Below, one piece after another: positions 8,082 through 16,895 of a DNA stretch of 30,127 nt. The position numbers were made by a program, and so were the translations under genes. The stretch is from the NCBI GenBank assembly GCA_038150265.1, contig JAYOTF010000031.1, positions 1 through 30,127 on the forward strand. Direction: 5' to 3'. The notes beneath the pieces are model-generated. The model worked only from the letters and a program-made list of their open reading frames with translations, searched no databases and was not told where the DNA came from. Source of the DNA: Deltaproteobacteria bacterium. Lineage in GTDB: Bacteria > SAR324 > NAC60-12. How positions within the stretch are numbered: the stretch's first letter is position 1; each line of letters begins with the position of its first letter.

Positions 8082-8423
8082 GTGAACGCGCCCATTCCTC
8101 AATGCGAAGCACTCCATGAAGACCTGAGTCGGATGTTCGGCCAGCAGGAGCAGAACCTCGGCCGAGCCGCTCAGGGGTTAAGAGTCATGGCGCACCCGGC
8201 CCGTTTGAAGATTCTTTGTGCCCTCCGGACCGGAGAGCAAACGGTTCAGAATCTTGAGTACTACACCGGGTTGCTGCAGACGACGCTCTCGCAGCACCTG
8301 GCACAGTTGCGGAACCAGGGCATTGTGACCTGCCGCCGGGAGTCGAACTACTCGATCTACAGCTTTGCCGACGAGCGGATGGTGGAGCTGTTTGAGTTGG
8401 TCAAGAGCATCTACTGCAGTTGA
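8082..8423 (+). CDS. ArsR/SmtB transcriptional repressor, BigR/SqrR/YgaV (persulfide-sensing) type
   Basis: AHPARLKILC...LSQHLA.LR...C-terminal IYC, the two-Cys pattern of BigR/SqrR. GTG 8082 preferred because AGGAG directly abuts ATG 8076. Confidence 0.88.
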   Translation: MNAPIPQCEALHEDLSRMFGQQEQNLGRAAQGLRVMAHPARLKILCALRTGEQTVQNLEYYTGLLQTTLSQHLAQLRNQGIVTCRRESNYSIYSFADERMVELFELVKSIYCS

Positions 8424-8479
8424 TGGGCGCCTGAAGAGGCTGTTGTTTTCTTTTCTTCAACCCTTTGTGAAAGAGTGTC

Positions 8480-8902
8480 ATGCAAGAAATGAGTATCTGG
8501 GGCCCGCTGATTGGAGGGATCCTGATTGGAACCGCCTCAGCGATGCTGATGTTTCTGAATGGACGAATCTCCGGAATCTCCGGAATTCTGGAAGGCGTCA
8601 TCCGCCCGAACGGAAGTGAGTTTGCCTGGCGTGCGGCGTTTGTCGGCGGTTTGGTGGGCGGCGGCGTGGTGCTGTACCTGCTCAGCCCGGAGATGTTTGT
8701 GGACATTTCGGGACGTCCCGCTTACGTCGCGGGCATTGCCGGACTGCTCGTTGGGGTAGGCACCCGTATCGGAAGCGGTTGCACCAGTGGACATGGCATC
8801 TGCGGCATCAGCCGGCTGGCGCCCCGTTCCATTGTGGCCACCCTGACCTTCATGCTCACTGGAATCATCACCGTTTACCTCGTGGGAGGCGTCGCACAAT
8901 GA
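8480..8902 (+). CDS. YeeE/YedE-family sulfur-compound transporter, short subunit A (PmpA/B-like pair)
   Basis: [37 protein letters not shown]; hydrophobic helices. Confidence 0.93.
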   Translation: MQEMSIWGPLIGGILIGTASAMLMFLNGRISGISGILEGVIRPNGSEFAWRAAFVGGLVGGGVVLYLLSPEMFVDISGRPAYVAGIAGLLVGVGTRIGSGCTSGHGICGISRLAPRSIVATLTFMLTGIITVYLVGGVAQ

Positions 8903-9348
8903 ATCAGGCACGAAACTTCAGCATCGCCAGTTTTCTGTCCGGACTGCTCTTTGCGGTGGGGCTGGGCGTGAGCACGATGACGCAACCCGGGAAGGTGATT
9001 GGCTTCCTTGACCTCTTTGGCAACTGGGACCCGAGCCTGATCTTTGTGATGGGCGGAGGCGTGGTGACCTATGCGGTCCTCTTCCAGTTCATCATGAAGG
9101 CTCCTGCGCCTCTGTTTGCGCCGAAGTTCATGGTGCCGACTCGTCGAGACATGGATGGTCCGCTGATTGTGGGATCGGCCCTGTTTGGCATTGGCTGGGG
9201 GCTCGGAGGCTTTTGTCCGGGACCGGCGCTGACGTCACTCGGCTCCTTGAACCCGAATGCCCTGGTCTTCGTGGTCACCATGATCGTCGGCATGTACGTC
9301 TCTGATCACGTCAAGGCGTTGATGTTCCGGCCTTCTCCGGCAGCATAA
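8899..9348 (+). CDS. YeeE/YedE-family transporter, short subunit B
   Basis: ATGA overlap with the previous gene. GLLFAVGL..S.M..P.KV.GFLD..GNWDPSL and LFGIGWGLGGFCPGP. Confidence 0.92.
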   Translation: MNQARNFSIASFLSGLLFAVGLGVSTMTQPGKVIGFLDLFGNWDPSLIFVMGGGVVTYAVLFQFIMKAPAPLFAPKFMVPTRRDMDGPLIVGSALFGIGWGLGGFCPGPALTSLGSLNPNALVFVVTMIVGMYVSDHVKALMFRPSPAA

Positions 9349-9357
9349 GGGGAATTC

Positions 9358-9534
9358 TTGGACTGGCTCTATCTGATTGGATTTTACGTCGTTTGGTTTG
9401 CGCTCCAGCGCTGGCTCTTGCCCAAGATGGGCGTTTCGACCTGAATGGTTCCTCAGCCACGCCGAGGTTCGGCGTCTGTAACGGAATCGACTCCGGCTCC
9501 GGAGGCTTCTGCTGAAGGCTCCCACAAGTCCTGA
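9358..9534 (+). CDS. Small single-pass membrane protein, candidate selenoprotein (UGA at codon 29)
   Basis: AAGGGG RBS then TTG start. MDWLYLIGFYVVWFALQRWLLPKMGVST-U-MVPQPRRGSASVTESTPAPEASAEGSHKS. In-frame TGA at 9442-9444 is followed by a SECIS-like hairpin. Confidence 0.65.
9447..9488 (+). promoter_or_regulatory. Bacterial SECIS-like stem-loop
   Basis: Lower stem GGTTCC/GGAATC, then CAG/CTG, upper stem ACGCCGA/TCGGCGT, apical loop GGT starting 21 nt after the UGA. Confidence 0.62.
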
Positions 9535-9547
9535 ATCCCTGCGCCCC

Positions 9548-9595
9548 GAGGAGGCTTCGGCCTCCTCACCCCCCCTCGCTTCTTTCCTTCTGTTT
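9548..9595 (+). terminator. Hairpin / probable terminator between convergent operons
   Basis: GAGGAGGC-TTCG-GCCTCCTC (8 bp, UUCG loop) followed by a pyrimidine/T-rich stretch. The U-tract is not immediately adjacent. Confidence 0.55.
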
Positions 9596-9647
9596 TCGAA
9601 TTCAACCAGGTTCTCCGGTCCGCTCTTCTGAGGTTCAGAAGTGGCGC

Positions 9648-12542
9648 TCAGGAGGCGTCGTTGCTGAGGGGCTCCGCTTCTGCCGGTGCGTCTGGAGTGG
9701 GCTCTGCAGCTGGGGCCTCGGGCATTGCTTCCAGCTCGAGTTCCGCGTCTGAAGTGGGCGCTGCTTCTGCCGGTGCGTCTGGAGCCGGGCTCAGCAGGTC
9801 CTGAGGCGTGATGCGCTGCAGGCCGAGGTCCTTCCGGACCTGATCGCCGAGGTTGGGTGTCTCGTTGGTCTGGTCGTAACGGTTCCGGGCTCGCTCGGTG
9901 ATGCGGACGAGGTCCTGCTGGTTCCGGACAATGGTTGGGCGGATGAAGAGCAGGAGGTTCGTTTTGTCCACGCCGTCTGAGTTGTTCCGGAAGAGCCAGC
10001 CAATCAACGGCAGGTCCCCAAAGGCCGGAATTTTGGAGGTGACGCGGTTGGAGCGTTCGTTGATCAGTCCCCCGAGGACGACGATTTCATCGTTGCCGGT
10101 GACCACGGAGGTGTTGAGCTCCCGCTTGAAGGTCGTGATCGCCTGATCGGCGCTGAGGAACTGCTGGGAGGAGACGTTGCTGGACTCCTGCTTGATCTCG
10201 AGCCGGATGCTGTCCTCGCCACTGATCTGGGGCTTGATGGTCAGCTGAATCCCGATGTCCTTGAATTCGTACTGCGTCGTCTGGGCTCCGTTGGAATCGG
10301 TGACCGTCTTGGTGCCAATCGGAACATTGGTGGAGACGTTGATGTTGGCCTCCTCGTTGTTGAGCATCAGCAGCTGCGGATTGGCCAGCACGTTCACATC
10401 CTGATCCGTCTTGGTGGCCGTGATGAAGGCCCCAAAGCTGAAGAATTCCTGGTCACCAATGGAAATGGTGTTGCTATTGAGGACGCCAAGGGTCGCACCG
10501 GCGGCATTGGACACGGCAGAAGAGTCGCCCGTGGCCGCGCTGGTGAAGGCGCCGCCTCCGGGAAAGCCTCCGGTGACAATCCGGTTGTTGTCCGTCATGC
10601 CGGCGGCCTTCCAGTTGATGCCCAGGTTGAGGCTCTTGGTCAGCGAGACCTCCATGATGAGGGCCTCGACGTACACCTGCAGGCGCGGGACATCGAGCTG
10701 GTCCACAAGCTGATCAAAGGTCAGGAAGGTGTCAGCCGGAGCAAAAACAAGCAGGGCGTTGGTGGCGGTGTCAGCCGTGATGGAAATGTCCTGAGCCGGA
10801 GCGGCCGCGGCGTCGGCAGCGATCTGGGCCTGAGGGCTTTCCGGGGTCACCTGACGGGCCACCTGAGTGATCTGACCGGTCAGCTCCCGCAGGAGACCTG
10901 CCAGGTCGGAGGCAACAGCGTACTTGAGGGGGTACAGCTTGAAGTTGCTCTGCACCTTCCCGGTGTCCTGAAAGACGTCCAGCTGCTCCACAAGGTTGAG
11001 GATGCGGTTGATTTCGGTGCGGTCCGCAATGATGATCAGGGCGTTGAGGCGGTTTTCTTCAATGATCTTGATGGGGCTGCTGGAAGCCGTCTGGCCTTCA
11101 TCCTTTCCAGCCACCACGCGATCGGAGAAGACCTTGGACAGCAGCGGAGCAATGACCTTGGCAGAGGTGTACTGCAGCGGATGCAGGCGAATCTGCACCT
11201 CTCCGGAGCCTGTTGAAGAGACGTCCAGCTCCTTGGCGAGGCTCAGGACGCGGTCGGCATCCAGTCGGTCGGCAATGACGATCAGGGCGTTGAGCCGTGG
11301 CTCGGCAATGACCTTGACCGGGCTTCCGGACGCGGTCTGGCCTTCGCCTTTTCCTGCAACAACCTTATCGGCAAAGATGCTAGACAGCAGGGGGGCCAGT
11401 GTTTTGGCCGAGGCGTACTGCAGGCGGTGGAGCTGAATCTGGCGGTTCCCCCGAGGGATGTCGAGCTCCTTGAGGAGGGTGATGACCTCCTGAGTCGTGG
11501 TCGGGTTCGCGATGATGATGAGGGCGTTCAGGGGAGCAAACGGCACCATCTGCAACGAGGCCGTCTTGGGGAAAATCTGGGTGATCAGCGGAACCAGTTG
11601 GCTGGCCTCCGAGTACTTCAGCTCATAAATCGTGCGGTCCGCGCCCTTCACCGGCACGTCGACCTGCTCCAGCAGGGCCAGCAGGTCGTTGGTGGTGTTT
11701 TGGTCAGCAACAATGAACAGGCTGTTGAGCCGGGCTTCAATGAAGAGTTTGAACTTCGGAGGCTTGCCACTGCGGACCAGGTTCGTAAACAGCTCGGTGA
11801 CCGTCTTGTGAATCTCGGCGGCGTCGTTGTGCTTGACGGGATAGAGCGTCACCAGTTGCGCGATTCCTTGCGGGTCCGGGATGTCGAGGGCATCAACCAA
11901 CTCCACAATCCGGTTGACGTTGGAGACCTCGTCAATGACGATCAGCATCTCCAGCGGCTCGTACACCAGCATCACGCCTGTTTTGGAGAAGATGGGCTGA
12001 ATGGTCCCCTGAATGCGTTTCAGGTCGGCGTGCTTGACCCGAATGAGGCGCATGGCGTACCCCTCGCCATTGAGCAACCCCTCTTCATCTTGAGACAGCG
12101 GGAGCTTCCGGAACCGGGCATCTCCGGCAGGGAGGATCTCAACAACCTTGCCGCCCTGGTGGTCCACCATCGTCAGGCCCTGGGACGCCAGAATCTGCTC
12201 GAAGAAGAACATCGCGTCTTCCAGCGAAATGGTCAGGTTCTGCGGCGCCGTGATCGACATCTGCCCCCGGAGGTTCTGCTCCTGATAGAGGAAGACGGTG
12301 TCTGTGGCCTTGGAGATGATCTTGATGAACTCCTTGAGGACCAGCGTCTGGGGCAGGTTGATCGTGGCCTTGGAGCTGCGCTTCTGCGCCAGGGTCGGAG
12401 AAGCCGTGGCCCACCCGAGCAGAACAACGAGGAGGAAGAGCGTTAGCAGGCGGACGAGACGATTCAGGTGTGGAACAGGTAACACAGTGGGGTGCCGTCG
12501 GGTTGGGTGTGTTTTTTCAAAAATGGGGTCGGGGAACCGCAT
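9648..12542 (-). CDS. gspD: Type II secretion system secretin with expanded N-domain region
   Basis: Signal peptide, N0 domain, repeated KH-like domains, secretin core (QVYVEALIMEV, NVLANPQL, DIGIQLTIKPQI, IVVLGGLI, KIPAFGDLPLIGWLF, NLLLFIRPTIV). True start may be GTG 12485. Confidence 0.92.
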   Translation of the reverse strand: MRFPDPIFEKTHPTRRHPTVLPVPHLNRLVRLLTLFLLVVLLGWATASPTLAQKRSSKATINLPQTLVLKEFIKIISKATDTVFLYQEQNLRGQMSITAPQNLTISLEDAMFFFEQILASQGLTMVDHQGGKVVEILPAGDARFRKLPLSQDEEGLLNGEGYAMRLIRVKHADLKRIQGTIQPIFSKTGVMLVYEPLEMLIVIDEVSNVNRIVELVDALDIPDPQGIAQLVTLYPVKHNDAAEIHKTVTELFTNLVRSGKPPKFKLFIEARLNSLFIVADQNTTNDLLALLEQVDVPVKGADRTIYELKYSEASQLVPLITQIFPKTASLQMVPFAPLNALIIIANPTTTQEVITLLKELDIPRGNRQIQLHRLQYASAKTLAPLLSSIFADKVVAGKGEGQTASGSPVKVIAEPRLNALIVIADRLDADRVLSLAKELDVSSTGSGEVQIRLHPLQYTSAKVIAPLLSKVFSDRVVAGKDEGQTASSSPIKIIEENRLNALIIIADRTEINRILNLVEQLDVFQDTGKVQSNFKLYPLKYAVASDLAGLLRELTGQITQVARQVTPESPQAQIAADAAAAPAQDISITADTATNALLVFAPADTFLTFDQLVDQLDVPRLQVYVEALIMEVSLTKSLNLGINWKAAGMTDNNRIVTGGFPGGGAFTSAATGDSSAVSNAAGATLGVLNSNTISIGDQEFFSFGAFITATKTDQDVNVLANPQLLMLNNEEANINVSTNVPIGTKTVTDSNGAQTTQYEFKDIGIQLTIKPQISGEDSIRLEIKQESSNVSSQQFLSADQAITTFKRELNTSVVTGNDEIVVLGGLINERSNRVTSKIPAFGDLPLIGWLFRNNSDGVDKTNLLLFIRPTIVRNQQDLVRITERARNRYDQTNETPNLGDQVRKDLGLQRITPQDLLSPAPDAPAEAAPTSDAELELEAMPEAPAAEPTPDAPAEAEPLSNDAS
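9676..9784. repeat. 22-bp direct repeat in the acidic Pro/Ala tail of the secretin
   Basis: GCTTCTGCCGGTGCGTCTGGAG at 9676-9697 and 9763-9784 (encodes PDAPAEA twice). Confidence 0.8.
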
Positions 12543-12583
12543 ACTTTAGCGGCAGTCGCCAGCGGGTGCAAGCTGAGGGTTGC

Positions 12584-13954
12584 TCAGGCTTGGGTGCCTC
12601 GGATTTGCAGGAGGCGCTGGACCTGGCGCTGCTTGGCGTCGGTGTAGCGGTACGGCAGCATCATGGCAATGGCCAGCAGCAGGAAGATCCCCACTCCCGG
12701 ACCAAACAGCAGCCCGAGCCACTGCAGGGTCTCCGGAGCCTGTTCCTGATTGGCCTCAAATCCAATGGCCCCCAACAAGGCGCCGGTGCCAAAGAAGGCA
12801 AGGCCCCGGGAAACCTTGGCCGCAAAGCGCCAGAGCCCAAAGTAGATGCCGCCCCGGTAGCGTCCGGACCGGAGGTGGTCGAGGTTGATGACATCCGTCA
12901 GCATGGAGTCCAGCAGCACCACCGACCCGACCAACCCGCCCAGGACGCCCCCGGCAAAGAACAAGGTGATGCCGAAGGCCTCTGCCGGCAACAGAGGGTA
13001 GACGATGCAGGTCCCGAGCCCGAGCAGCCCGGCGCCCCAACGGAGCGGCGTCAGCTTCCCGAAGCGTTCCGAGAGCTTGACCCAGAGGACAAGGGAAAGC
13101 GTGAGGATGATCATGAAGGTCATCAGCAGCAAACCGACTTCGCTCTCCGTCAGCCGGAGCCGATACAGGTAGTAGTAACGCGCCAGCGTCGAGTTGAGGG
13201 CAATGCCGGCATTCGCGACAAAGTAGGCGGCAATGAGGACAAGGAAGGCCTGGTTGCTCCGGACGGTCTGCAGGGAGTGCTTGAGAGAATCCGGGGCCTG
13301 GACCTCCGGAGGAGCAGAGTGGTGCCGGGTTTGCTGCCAGGTCAGCAGCGCTGAAAGCAGGGTGAGGGCCGCAAGGATGGCCGCAACGCTGCTCATGCCC
13401 CCTCCGGCCAACTCTCCCTCGGCGGTTCGGGTCAGGAAGACCCCGGGAATGCCTGCTGCCAGGATGCCTCCGATGTTGCCAAACGCAAACCGGAACGCAA
13501 AGAGCACCGACCGTTCATCGCGATCCTGAGTGAGGTCGCCGACCATCGCGTTGTAGGGAACGGCCAGGACAGTCAGGGCCGTGTTGAGCAGCAGGTAGGA
13601 GCCCAGCAGGTAGAAGAACGCGGCCAGCTCGCTTTCCAGAGGCGGTGGCGAGAAGAGCAGCAGCAACGCCCCGGCCAGGAGTCCGGAGCCAAGGACCAGG
13701 TAGGGGTGCCGCCCCCGGAAGCGAGCGTAGGTCCGGTCGGAGAGTTGCCCCATGACCGGGTCGGTCACTGCGTCCCAGAGCAGCCCGATGAGCCCAGCCA
13801 GCCCAGCCCAGAACGGGTCCAGCCCCACGGCGTCTGTGTAAAACGACAGCAGGTAGAGCCGCACCAGCACCTCAACGGCGTTGAGGCCGGTTTCAGCAGT
13901 AGCGTATCCGAGCCGGAGCCGCAGGGGCAGGGCAGAAGAGGGAGGCTGACTCAT
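12584..13954 (-). CDS. MFS transporter, glycoside-pentoside-hexuronide (MelB/MFS_2) type
   Basis: WDAVTDPVMGQLSDRT..RF.GR.PY, VPYNAM..DLT.D.DER, DVI..D....G..R.G.YFG; about 12 TM segments. Confidence 0.9.
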   Translation of the reverse strand: MSQPPSSALPLRLRLGYATAETGLNAVEVLVRLYLLSFYTDAVGLDPFWAGLAGLIGLLWDAVTDPVMGQLSDRTYARFRGRHPYLVLGSGLLAGALLLLFSPPPLESELAAFFYLLGSYLLLNTALTVLAVPYNAMVGDLTQDRDERSVLFAFRFAFGNIGGILAAGIPGVFLTRTAEGELAGGGMSSVAAILAALTLLSALLTWQQTRHHSAPPEVQAPDSLKHSLQTVRSNQAFLVLIAAYFVANAGIALNSTLARYYYLYRLRLTESEVGLLLMTFMIILTLSLVLWVKLSERFGKLTPLRWGAGLLGLGTCIVYPLLPAEAFGITLFFAGGVLGGLVGSVVLLDSMLTDVINLDHLRSGRYRGGIYFGLWRFAAKVSRGLAFFGTGALLGAIGFEANQEQAPETLQWLGLLFGPGVGIFLLLAIAMMLPYRYTDAKQRQVQRLLQIRGTQA

Positions 13955-13975
13955 GGGCGGCGGGAGGAAGTCAGC

Positions 13976-15187
13976 TCAACCTTTTTTGTGTTGGGAACCC
14001 ATGGTCGCAATCAGGTGCCGGGCGTAGTCCTGCCAGTAGCGCTCCGGAAAGGGCTGGCTGGCGAAGGTCTGCAGGTGCTCGCGCGCCAGGGCGTAGCGTT
14101 CCTGCTTGAGGTAGATGAAGCCGAGGACAAACTCCAGAAACGGGTAGCGCCCGGGAAACTCGCGTTCCAGCTCCTTCAGGTCCCGAATGCCACCTTCGTA
14201 CTCCAGCCCGTCCGGATTGAAGCGGAGGATGCCTTCATAGGCGCGGTAGGTCGCTTCGTAGTCGTGCATCCGCAGGTACGTGATGCCGAGGTTCATCCGG
14301 ACGTAATTCAGAGAGGGGTCAATCGCAAGGGCCCGCTGGCTGCTTTCAATGGACTTTTCGTACTCGCCGAGGAGGTAGTAGCTCCAGCCGAGGTTGCCAA
14401 ACAGGTAGGGGCTGGAGGTGTACGCCGCAGCCTCCTCGTAGGCCTCGGCAGACTTCCGGACCAGGCTGAGGTCGTAATCGGCCAGCCCATCGGGTTGGAG
14501 GTGATAGCCCTGGTAATAGTAGCTGGTGCCGATTTCCTGTTGGAGGTTCCCGATCTGCCGGGCGTTTTCCGCGTGCATGAGCCCTTCTCGGAAGGTCTCA
14601 ATGGCTTCGTCAAACTGCCGGGCGGTCGAAAGTCCACGTCCGGCAAGGGCGTAGTAGTCCACCTCCCGGAGGGGGACGCCTGCCGGAAGATCGCGGCTTT
14701 GCCGGAGCCAGCGCTCCAGCAACTGCTGGGCAATGTTGCCGCCTTGCTTGCCGCCGTCTTCTTGCCCAAGCAACTGCTCCAGGCTTTGCCGGAGCGAGGG
14801 CCAGAGGTCGCGGGTTCCCAGGTAGCGTCCCATGTCGTGCGAAGGCCGTCCGCTGTCCCAGAACTGATCCCAGGCGGAGCGCTCCTCGCCGGGTTGGCCT
14901 CCTCCGAGCATCATCAGGAAGGGGTCGTCCTGGCGGGGAAAGGCGGCAAAGAGGATGAGGTAGAAGCAACCGATGACCGCCAGCGCCCGGATGGCAATGA
15001 AGCGGACGGCGCGCATGTTCAGGACCGAAGGGGGCGCCTCAGGTGGGGGCGGCTCCGTGCGAGCCGCTTCTGACGCTTGCCACAGGCGCTGGGCGTCTTC
15101 CGGCTTGCCCTGAGCGAGGGCTTGATTGCCCTGACGGTACAGGCGAACGGATTCCTTCCAGGCAGGGCGAAGCGTCGGGACCTTCAT
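13976..15187 (-). CDS. Membrane-anchored tetratricopeptide-repeat protein
   Basis: One TM segment and several TPR-like repeats (NLGWSYYLLGEYEKSIE, NLGITY, VLGFIYLKQERY..A..HL). ATGA overlap with the upstream DUF2062 gene. Confidence 0.8.
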   Translation of the reverse strand: MKVPTLRPAWKESVRLYRQGNQALAQGKPEDAQRLWQASEAARTEPPPPEAPPSVLNMRAVRFIAIRALAVIGCFYLILFAAFPRQDDPFLMMLGGGQPGEERSAWDQFWDSGRPSHDMGRYLGTRDLWPSLRQSLEQLLGQEDGGKQGGNIAQQLLERWLRQSRDLPAGVPLREVDYYALAGRGLSTARQFDEAIETFREGLMHAENARQIGNLQQEIGTSYYYQGYHLQPDGLADYDLSLVRKSAEAYEEAAAYTSSPYLFGNLGWSYYLLGEYEKSIESSQRALAIDPSLNYVRMNLGITYLRMHDYEATYRAYEGILRFNPDGLEYEGGIRDLKELEREFPGRYPFLEFVLGFIYLKQERYALAREHLQTFASQPFPERYWQDYARHLIATMGSQHKKG

Positions 15188-15735
15188 GGGGCAGGCTTGA
15201 CCGGATGAGCCACATGCTGCGGACCCAGCCCGCGGGCCTTGCGGCGGTTGAGCGCCCGGAGCGTCAGGATGTAGCCGAGGAGGGCTCCGGGAATGGCAAA
15301 GAACTGACTGCCGATGACCATCGGCCACCCGAGGTCCACCAGCAAGAACTTGGTCCCGTTGATCATGGCTTCCCAGGCGTTGCCCTGGGTGCTGATCTGG
15401 GTGAGGGTGTCGCGAAAGTAGTCGTAATTGAGGTTTTCAGACACCTGAAGCACCAGGCCTCCCACCATGAGGAAGGCGTAGTAGATCGGGATCACGGTGA
15501 GGGGGTTGGTGATCCAGACCATGGCGACAGAAACCGGAAGGTTGAACCGGAATCCAAAGGGACGGCAGAGCAGCCACACGCCGGCAGCAAGGTACATCTG
15601 CACCCCCATGGTGGGGGTCAGTCCGATGAAAAGACCAATGGCAACGGCCCACGCGACCTCTGAGGCTGGCGCTTCGCTGGAAAAGATGGGCGCAACGATG
15701 CGTTGGCGAAACAGGTCCCGCAGGCGTTCCAGCAT
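15184..15735 (-). CDS. DUF2062-family membrane protein
   Basis: VAWAVAIGLFIGLTPTMGVQ, NLPVSVAMVWITNPLT.PIYY, WPMVIGS. Confidence 0.88.
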   Translation of the reverse strand: MLERLRDLFRQRIVAPIFSSEAPASEVAWAVAIGLFIGLTPTMGVQMYLAAGVWLLCRPFGFRFNLPVSVAMVWITNPLTVIPIYYAFLMVGGLVLQVSENLNYDYFRDTLTQISTQGNAWEAMINGTKFLLVDLGWPMVIGSQFFAIPGALLGYILTLRALNRRKARGLGPQHVAHPVKPAP

Positions 15736-15736
15736 C

Positions 15737-16156
15737 TTACCACTCACCCTGGCTGGGCATGGAGGCCCACGGCTCCTGAATCGGGAGCGCCTCGCCTTCT
15801 TGAAGCAGCTCCACCGAAACCTGATCAGGGCTCCGGACAAAGGCCATCCGACCATCTCGAGGCGGACGCAGGATGGTGACGCCTCCGCTTTGCAGGCGCT
15901 CGCAGGTCTCGTAGATGTTTTCCACAGAGTAGGCCACGTGTCCGAAGTTCCGGCCCACGGAGTAGGGCTCGTCCTGGTCCCAGTTGTAGGTCAGTTCCAG
16001 AGGCGGATCGTTCTCACTGACAGCAAGAAAGACAAGGGTGAAGCGTCCGTTTTCACTCTCCTTGCGGCGGATCTCCTTGAGTCCGAGCTGGTTGCACCAA
16101 AAATCCAGGGCGGCATCAAGGTCTTTGACACGGATCATTGTGTGAAGGTACTGCAT
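15737..16156 (-). CDS. gloA: Lactoylglutathione lyase (glyoxalase I, VOC family)
   Basis: [58 protein letters not shown]...ELLQ. Confidence 0.9.
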   Translation of the reverse strand: MQYLHTMIRVKDLDAALDFWCNQLGLKEIRRKESENGRFTLVFLAVSENDPPLELTYNWDQDEPYSVGRNFGHVAYSVENIYETCERLQSGGVTILRPPRDGRMAFVRSPDQVSVELLQEGEALPIQEPWASMPSQGEW

Positions 16157-16285
16157 GGGAAACTCCTTGCGGGCGGTTAACGCGATAAGAATAACGGGTT
16201 TGGGCGGGGAATGCACGTTTTGATCGTGTTGACCCGCGCCCCTGCTGAATCCGGAGGCCATGGACCTCCCGGGTCCCGCAGCGGG

Positions 16286-16891
16286 CTAGCTCCACCTCCA
16301 GTCAGGCCGGGCTTTTCCGGGAACCCAGAGGGTTTCTTCTTCGCCCAGCGCAACGGTCACCCAGCGTCCGGCGACAAAGAGGAAATCGGAAAGCCGGTTG
16401 AGGTACTTGATGACCTCCGGACTCACGGTGTCTTCACGGCTCAGGCGAATGACCGCCCGCTCAGCACGACGGCAGACGGTGCGGGCCTGATGCAGAAAGG
16501 CATTGAGCGGCGTGCCCCCGGGAAGAATGAAGCTCCGGAGCGGCTCCAGGTCTTCGTTCATGGCGTCAATGACTTCCTCCAGCCAGTCGGCATCCGCAGC
16601 CTCCAGCGTGACCTGTCCCTCGTACTCGTCCCCCGGAAGCGTCGCCAGCTCCGAGCCCATGTCAAAGAGCTTCTGCTGAATGGCCTCGAGGATCAGGTCC
16701 AGCTTGTCTCGGCGGACCGAGGTCTCTTTTTGGGCAAGGAAGGTGCGGCAGAGGCCCACGAGGCTGTTGAGCTCATCTACTGTGCCGTAGCCCTCCAGGC
16801 GCAGGTGGTCCTTGGCAATGCGACGTCCGCCGACCAGTCCGGTGGTGCCAGCGTCGCCGGTGCGGGTGTAAACTTTGGTGATCCGAACCAT
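16286..16891 (-). CDS. pduO: ATP:cob(I)alamin adenosyltransferase, PduO type
   Basis: KVYTRTGDAGTT, YGTVDELNS, FILPGG, ARTVCRRAER, YLNRLSDFLF. Confidence 0.94.
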   Translation of the reverse strand: MVRITKVYTRTGDAGTTGLVGGRRIAKDHLRLEGYGTVDELNSLVGLCRTFLAQKETSVRRDKLDLILEAIQQKLFDMGSELATLPGDEYEGQVTLEAADADWLEEVIDAMNEDLEPLRSFILPGGTPLNAFLHQARTVCRRAERAVIRLSREDTVSPEVIKYLNRLSDFLFVAGRWVTVALGEEETLWVPGKARPDWRWS

Positions 16892-16895
16892 GCAA

